DNA of 64,000 nucleotides, taken from positions 1 through 64,000 of IMG/VR virus record IMGVR_UViG_3300010163_000010; one strand, 5' to 3'. Origin of the DNA: a virus (taxonomy: Duplodnaviria > Caudoviricetes). This document shows, one piece after another, positions 59,508-64,000 of the stretch (the first letter of the stretch is position 1; every line of letters starts with the position of its first letter). The translations under genes were made by a program, and so were the position numbers. A model generated the notes under the pieces. That model was not told where the DNA came from. It saw nothing but the letters and a program-made list of their open reading frames with translations, and searched no databases.

Positions 59508-61526
59508 TTAGCCCACCGGAGTCTCGGTAGTCTCAACCGGTACCAGTACCAGCTGGCCAACCTGGGGATCGGTGACGTCGGACAGGCTGTTCACAATCAG
59601 AGGCACACGCAGTGCCAGCTCGTTGAACGTAGTCTGATCGACGTAAGTGCTGTCCAGCTCGGCCAGCGTCTTGCCGCCAACACTGGTAGCATCACCGGCG
59701 ATATTCACATGCAGCTTTTCGTCGTCGGCAATCTTGACGATCTTGCCAGCCACGTCGGTGTTGCTGTCGCTGGGAATGCCGTCATCGGTCAGCAGGTCGC
59801 CGCCGATAGCATCAGTGATACCGTAGCCAGCCAGAGTAGTCGGAGTATTGTCGATGCTGCTCCAGTCGACGTATTTGCCGGTCTTCAGGTATACGGTTGC
59901 ATACTCGGTAACGGCGCCGTCGGGAGTGTCAGGATCAGTCTTGGTAACAATCCATACACCATGGACCTGGCCGGCATTAGCAGGATCATACTCGATGACC
60001 ACATCACCCGGGTTGACCATGGTGTTCGTAACCCAGGTAGAGGGAGCATCGGTAGTCTCCTTGGTAACAGCCTTGGTGATATCGGAGGAGAGGTTGTCCT
60101 TGGAGATGATGCCCTTCAGCTTGCTGACATCAAGCTCCGTGATGCCGCTGCCGCCCTTGAGCGCAGCAATGTCACCCAGAACCGTATCGGCTGTATCGGC
60201 ATCGCCCAGAGTAGTCTGAATATTGGTGACCTTCTCAACCAGGCCGGCAACCGCTGCGGTGCCTGTATCAGGATCAGCCGGCTTGCCGTTCAGAATCTGG
60301 TCGATCGCGGTCTTGTGCTCATCAAACGTGGTGCTGTCGACGGCATCGGTAATACCATAGCCGACCAGAGTAGTGGGCTTATTGGTAACGCCGGACCACG
60401 CAACAGCGGAGGCCTCGCCGGCGGTATAGGGCAGGTACGCATCTTTCCAGTCGGAGGTACCAAGCTTGGTCTCGTCGACCACATAGTACATCATACCGGC
60501 CTTGGTGATATTGCCCTCGCCGTCGGTCTCATCAGCGATCTTAACAGTATCACCCTTCTGTACCTGAGTAGTGGTCAGGCCAGCCAGATCGGCCTCAGAT
60601 GTGATGACATGCATCTCAGACAGGGCCGCCTTGGGCACAACGGCCACGTCAAGGATGCCGGTCTTGATCCAGGAGGCGTCAGAATTCTTCAGGTCGTTCT
60701 GGAGGGTGGCGATATCCTTCTTGATAGTGCCGTCTGTGTCGGCATCGCCGATAGTGTCATTGATAGCATCGATATCAGTCTTCAGCGCCAGGTCAGCCAG
60801 CTTCTTGCCGCCGACAGAGCCAGCGTCGCCGGTGATATCGAAGTCCAGTTTGCCGTCGGCATTGGTCTGGGTAATCTTACCAGCCGCAGTCCAGTCCTCG
60901 GCGTCGCCGGCATTCTTGGCACCATGATCAACGATGGAGGCGGAGCCAACCGCATCGGTGATGCCATAACCGGCCAGAGTAGTCGGAGTATTGACGATAC
61001 GATCCCACTTAACGTCAGAGGCAGCATCAGTCAGCGCGGCAAACTCCACTGTGGGAGGGTCACCCTCGGCAGCACCGGCAGTGACATTCTTGACCACATG
61101 GGTGGATACGACATTGCCCTCGCTGTCTTTGATCTGAACGATGTCGCCGATGTGCACGGAGGCCTTGTCCACAGCATCCAGAGAGGCAGCATCGACCACC
61201 TTACCGCCCACATCGTCAGGCAGGTTGCTGCGATCGATTACGCCGGTGATCTTGGACGCCTCAACCTCGGTAACACCGGAGCCGTCCTCCAGCTTCGGCA
61301 GAACCTCATGGTCGATTGTGGCAACGCGGTTGATGAGGGAAATCAGCAGATCGGAGACGTTATCGCCGGCCTCAAGAACGGTACCGAAGCCGAACGGTTT
61401 GGTCTCGAGCTTTTCGATAGTGGAGGCTTTGCCCAGGCCCACGATGTCCGCAGACGTGCCGAGATAGATAGAGTCCCAATCGGTGCCATTGAATCGCCGA
61501 ATCGTAGATTTCAGAATAGTAGCCAT
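59508..61526 (-). CDS. tail fibre-like protein with PTTL(A/V)GYGITDA repeats
   Basis: Three W..(I/V).N.PTTL.GYGITDA repeats typical of phage fibres; strong codon bias. Confidence 0.75.
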   Translation of the reverse strand: MATILKSTIRRFNGTDWDSIYLGTSADIVGLGKASTIEKLETKPFGFGTVLEAGDNVSDLLISLINRVATIDHEVLPKLEDGSGVTEVEASKITGVIDRSNLPDDVGGKVVDAASLDAVDKASVHIGDIVQIKDSEGNVVSTHVVKNVTAGAAEGDPPTVEFAALTDAASDVKWDRIVNTPTTLAGYGITDAVGSASIVDHGAKNAGDAEDWTAAGKITQTNADGKLDFDITGDAGSVGGKKLADLALKTDIDAINDTIGDADTDGTIKKDIATLQNDLKNSDASWIKTGILDVAVVPKAALSEMHVITSEADLAGLTTTQVQKGDTVKIADETDGEGNITKAGMMYYVVDETKLGTSDWKDAYLPYTAGEASAVAWSGVTNKPTTLVGYGITDAVDSTTFDEHKTAIDQILNGKPADPDTGTAAVAGLVEKVTNIQTTLGDADTADTVLGDIAALKGGSGITELDVSKLKGIISKDNLSSDITKAVTKETTDAPSTWVTNTMVNPGDVVIEYDPANAGQVHGVWIVTKTDPDTPDGAVTEYATVYLKTGKYVDWSSIDNTPTTLAGYGITDAIGGDLLTDDGIPSDSNTDVAGKIVKIADDEKLHVNIAGDATSVGGKTLAELDSTYVDQTTFNELALRVPLIVNSLSDVTDPQVGQLVLVPVETTETPVG

Positions 61527-61555
61527 AATTTTAAGTCACTCCTTTATCAAATAGA

Positions 61556-62866
61556 TTAGGGGCTTGATTGCTCTTGCTTGAGTATGATAAACTGAATCTT
61601 ATCACCAGAATTCAGCACGATGTTATTCTTGAGTATCACATCGTTATTGCTAACGGTGTAATCGATACTCGGACGCAGCATCGTCTGACCATAGTTGACG
61701 ATAATCTTATCGATACCACCATTGAACCCAGTGATATTCGAAATCTCAGTAACGTTATCATCGATAATCTCCATATTCTGGACAATCGAGATGATATTGC
61801 CGGGCTTCTTATCCAACCGGTCAATCAACGGATCATACTTGTTTTCGATCGCCGTGACCGCCGTATTAACGGCATTATCGGTGTAAGATTTAAGCGCAGC
61901 CTCAAGATCATCGGCATTGTTTTGAATCTTCTCATCGATATAGTCACGAAGTTCTATGATTTCACGAGTTGCCTCTTCACGGAACATTCTCAGGCGTTCA
62001 GACAGCATAGAAACCGTTGTTTGCAGGGCCGAATCCGTGGATCGCAGTAGTACCCAATTGCTGTTCTGTTTGTCATATACAAGCATTATAATGTTGTTTG
62101 GGGCTATTGTGATGGCCAGGGGCTCGCCACTTGTATCGACAATGGGCATATATTCTCCATTATTGTATGAGAGTTTTGCCCCGGGAAACAGCGGATTGGT
62201 TACTCGTACGGTGATGACAGAAAGATCAGGAAGATCTCCGGTGTAGGGTTTGTGCCGAATATCAGCCATCAGCCCGCCATTGATTGTCTCGGCAAAGATG
62301 CCGTGTCCGCTGATGTCTGCCCAACCTTCAAACATTTGCTTAATATAGTTGTATCTGCCTTCATAAGCAGCACATGCGTTGTTGTCATAATAACGGATAA
62401 ATACATGGCCTTCATCGGACTTATATGCGACACATATGCCGTTATCTGACGGCCAGTTCAGTTGCTCATAGTTCTCATATGTAACTGGGGCAAATAGTAT
62501 GGCCGGATGATGCATTTGCCGAAGTACCGTGTCGGGTGTAAAGTTTATTCCAACATCATCGAGTTGTGTTAATCGACTGTAGATAGTTACGCCATCGACA
62601 GTATCGGCATTGAGAATATCCTTACTGTAGTTATACTTATTGAGTATGGGTTGAAGATATTTGAGGCTGTTCGGTGAAAACAGCTCTCCTGTATGGGGAT
62701 TACGTATAACAAGTGTGCCGTCCTTGTAGTTGATTCCAAGCTCTCCTGGAGCGAGTTTCTGTCCATCAGCCTCGCTCATCACCTCCGGCAATATGATCCG
62801 AAAGATATCAGATAAGAGTTGGCACTGCCACGCAGACAGCGTGGTATTAACAGGATCACGCGTCAT
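61556..62866 (-). CDS. tail fibre / accessory protein
   Basis: L.PGELGINY N-terminus, coiled coil and C-terminal NYGQT..DY module. Likely start is ATG 62866 (GGAGGT RBS), not 62905. Confidence 0.65.
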   Translation of the reverse strand: MTRDPVNTTLSAWQCQLLSDIFRIILPEVMSEADGQKLAPGELGINYKDGTLVIRNPHTGELFSPNSLKYLQPILNKYNYSKDILNADTVDGVTIYSRLTQLDDVGINFTPDTVLRQMHHPAILFAPVTYENYEQLNWPSDNGICVAYKSDEGHVFIRYYDNNACAAYEGRYNYIKQMFEGWADISGHGIFAETINGGLMADIRHKPYTGDLPDLSVITVRVTNPLFPGAKLSYNNGEYMPIVDTSGEPLAITIAPNNIIMLVYDKQNSNWVLLRSTDSALQTTVSMLSERLRMFREEATREIIELRDYIDEKIQNNADDLEAALKSYTDNAVNTAVTAIENKYDPLIDRLDKKPGNIISIVQNMEIIDDNVTEISNITGFNGGIDKIIVNYGQTMLRPSIDYTVSNNDVILKNNIVLNSGDKIQFIILKQEQSSP

Positions 62867-62886
62867 AACAGCTCTTACCTCCTTTT

Positions 62887-62898
62887 TATAAGGTTGTT
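62887..62898 (-). promoter_or_regulatory. putative late promoter AACA-ACCT-TATA
   Basis: Lies between a hairpin (~62913-62934) and the RBS of the 62866 start. Confidence 0.6.
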
Positions 62899-62938
62899 TC
62901 GACATAATAGAAGGGGAGGGAATCGTCCCTCCCCAAGT

Positions 62939-64000
62939 CTATTCGTCTTCGTAGTTTGCGTCAATAGCGTACGGTGCATTCCCGTGATGAATGAGTCCAG
63001 GAATGACAACCTTAGCGTCTCGTTCGTTTATGCCGACAAGATCGGTATCGGCAATATCATGGAACTTACGCTTGAAATCCTTGACCCATTCTTCAGCTTC
63101 ATGCTTGTTCTGCTCAAGGTAATCAAGCATTGCTTTCAATCTGCCGTTGAAGATATACTCTTCTAGCAGAACGTCATAGTAACCACGCATGGTATACTCT
63201 GTGATATGAATGGGTATCATTCGTGCATAGTTTCGATTCGGCCGCTGGATACTCTCGGATGTATCAGGTTCATTCCAGTATGCGATGCAAGCTTTCTTAG
63301 CCTTGCTCAGCCATTCATCTTTCTTGCTGTAGAAGATATCAACGCAGCGAATGATTTCTTTGAAATCAAGCAGCAGAATCTTTCCGGCTGTAATTTCCTG
63401 GTATTTATCCCTGGATACATAGTGACCATTGACGAACAGCATCATCCGATTCTGAATGAAAGCTACTTCTCTGAGACTGTAGTCTATGACCATTCGATAT
63501 GCGGATTCACGTTCACGCACATCAGTGTCAGGAGATTCATAATCGATATGAAGCCTCCCGATATTGCTTGAGAACATTACAGAGAAATCGGTGGTGTCTA
63601 TCAATGCCGTAGAGATCACATGAGAACGTCCTGTATACAGACGCTCGAGTCTTAGGTCAAATCGATCAGGCCCGGTGACCAGACGTTTGTAAAAGACATT
63701 TACGTTCTCCTGTTTGATTGCCCCGGAGTTCAAGAGGTCCGCAACAATGCTGATGTATCGAATACCGAGTTTCCCTCTGAAGTTCATTACAACATCGTCG
63801 AACAGGAATGCTGTAACGTTATCATGATCGAACTGAACGTGTATGAGTCGCTCATTGACTCGGATAATGATAGATTCTGTATCAGAGTAGCAAATCTTAT
63901 CATCGATGTCATCCAGGAACTCAAACCACACATCATTCTCTTCAGGGGCCTCTGCATCGAAACTTTCTCCCATGTGAATCTTGTGCAGCTTATTGTCTGT
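62939..64000 (-). CDS. virion structural protein, 5'-truncated by the window edge
   Basis: Frame is open to the window end; LFVNG...Y beta module. Confidence 0.55.
   Translation of the reverse strand, partial: TDNKLHKIHMGESFDAEAPEENDVWFEFLDDIDDKICYSDTESIIIRVNERLIHVQFDHDNVTAFLFDDVVMNFRGKLGIRYISIVADLLNSGAIKQENVNVFYKRLVTGPDRFDLRLERLYTGRSHVISTALIDTTDFSVMFSSNIGRLHIDYESPDTDVRERESAYRMVIDYSLREVAFIQNRMMLFVNGHYVSRDKYQEITAGKILLLDFKEIIRCVDIFYSKKDEWLSKAKKACIAYWNEPDTSESIQRPNRNYARMIPIHITEYTMRGYYDVLLEEYIFNGRLKAMLDYLEQNKHEAEEWVKDFKRKFHDIADTDLVGINERDAKVVIPGLIHHGNAPYAIDANYEDE

Noticed and set aside
59499-61559. 686-aa plus-strand ORF
   Set aside because: Antisense shadow of the strongly codon-biased fibre gene 59508-61526.
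1-64000. alternative genetic code, introns or inteins
   Set aside because: Long genes are intact in code 11 and TAA, TAG and TGA all act as stops. No intein or intron signature was seen in the RNAP genes.
1-64000. recombinase, reverse transcriptase, phage-nucleus shell or tubulin gene
   Set aside because: No recognisable motifs in this window; they may lie elsewhere in the genome.

Overview
This 64-kb window comes from a jumbo myophage of the AR9/PBS1/phiKZ-like type that encodes its own multi-subunit RNA polymerase. The endolysin and holin style suggest a Bacillota (probably Clostridia) host. The standard genetic code reads all major genes intact. The window holds head/internal virion proteins, tail tube-like and baseplate proteins, a PAAR spike, tail fibres and a 4552-aa tape-measure protein with two C39-like peptidase domains and a tail lysozyme. 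It also holds two split RNAP subunits (beta; beta' C-terminal part), dCTP deaminase, a RusA-like resolvase, RNase H, a polB-like fragment, a kinase-like protein, an endolysin and a holin. MAIN FINDING: the intergenic DNA hides ten promoterless, start-less protein-coding cassettes: six in a tandem array at 6106-6870, a pair at 59254-59459, and single copies at 31229 and 38320. Each runs from a palindromic CGCCGGCG site to a (G/T)GTGGGTTC site. All ten inserts are different, multiples of 3 in length and stop-free in the frame (S/P)PA...(G/C)GF. They resemble the variable loop of C-type-lectin-fold receptor-binding proteins. This points to an apparently undescribed cassette-exchange (antigenic-variation-like) library whose expressed locus and recombinase or RT are not in this window. 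Other signals are a terminal DG(F/Y)xxLxP(K/R) motif shared by unrelated proteins, two highly structured intergenic RNA candidates, an AR9-like late promoter (AACA-N4-TATA) and repeated G(K/T)GP motifs bounding the tape-measure enzyme domains. All protein calls come from motif recognition by eye; no database search was run.
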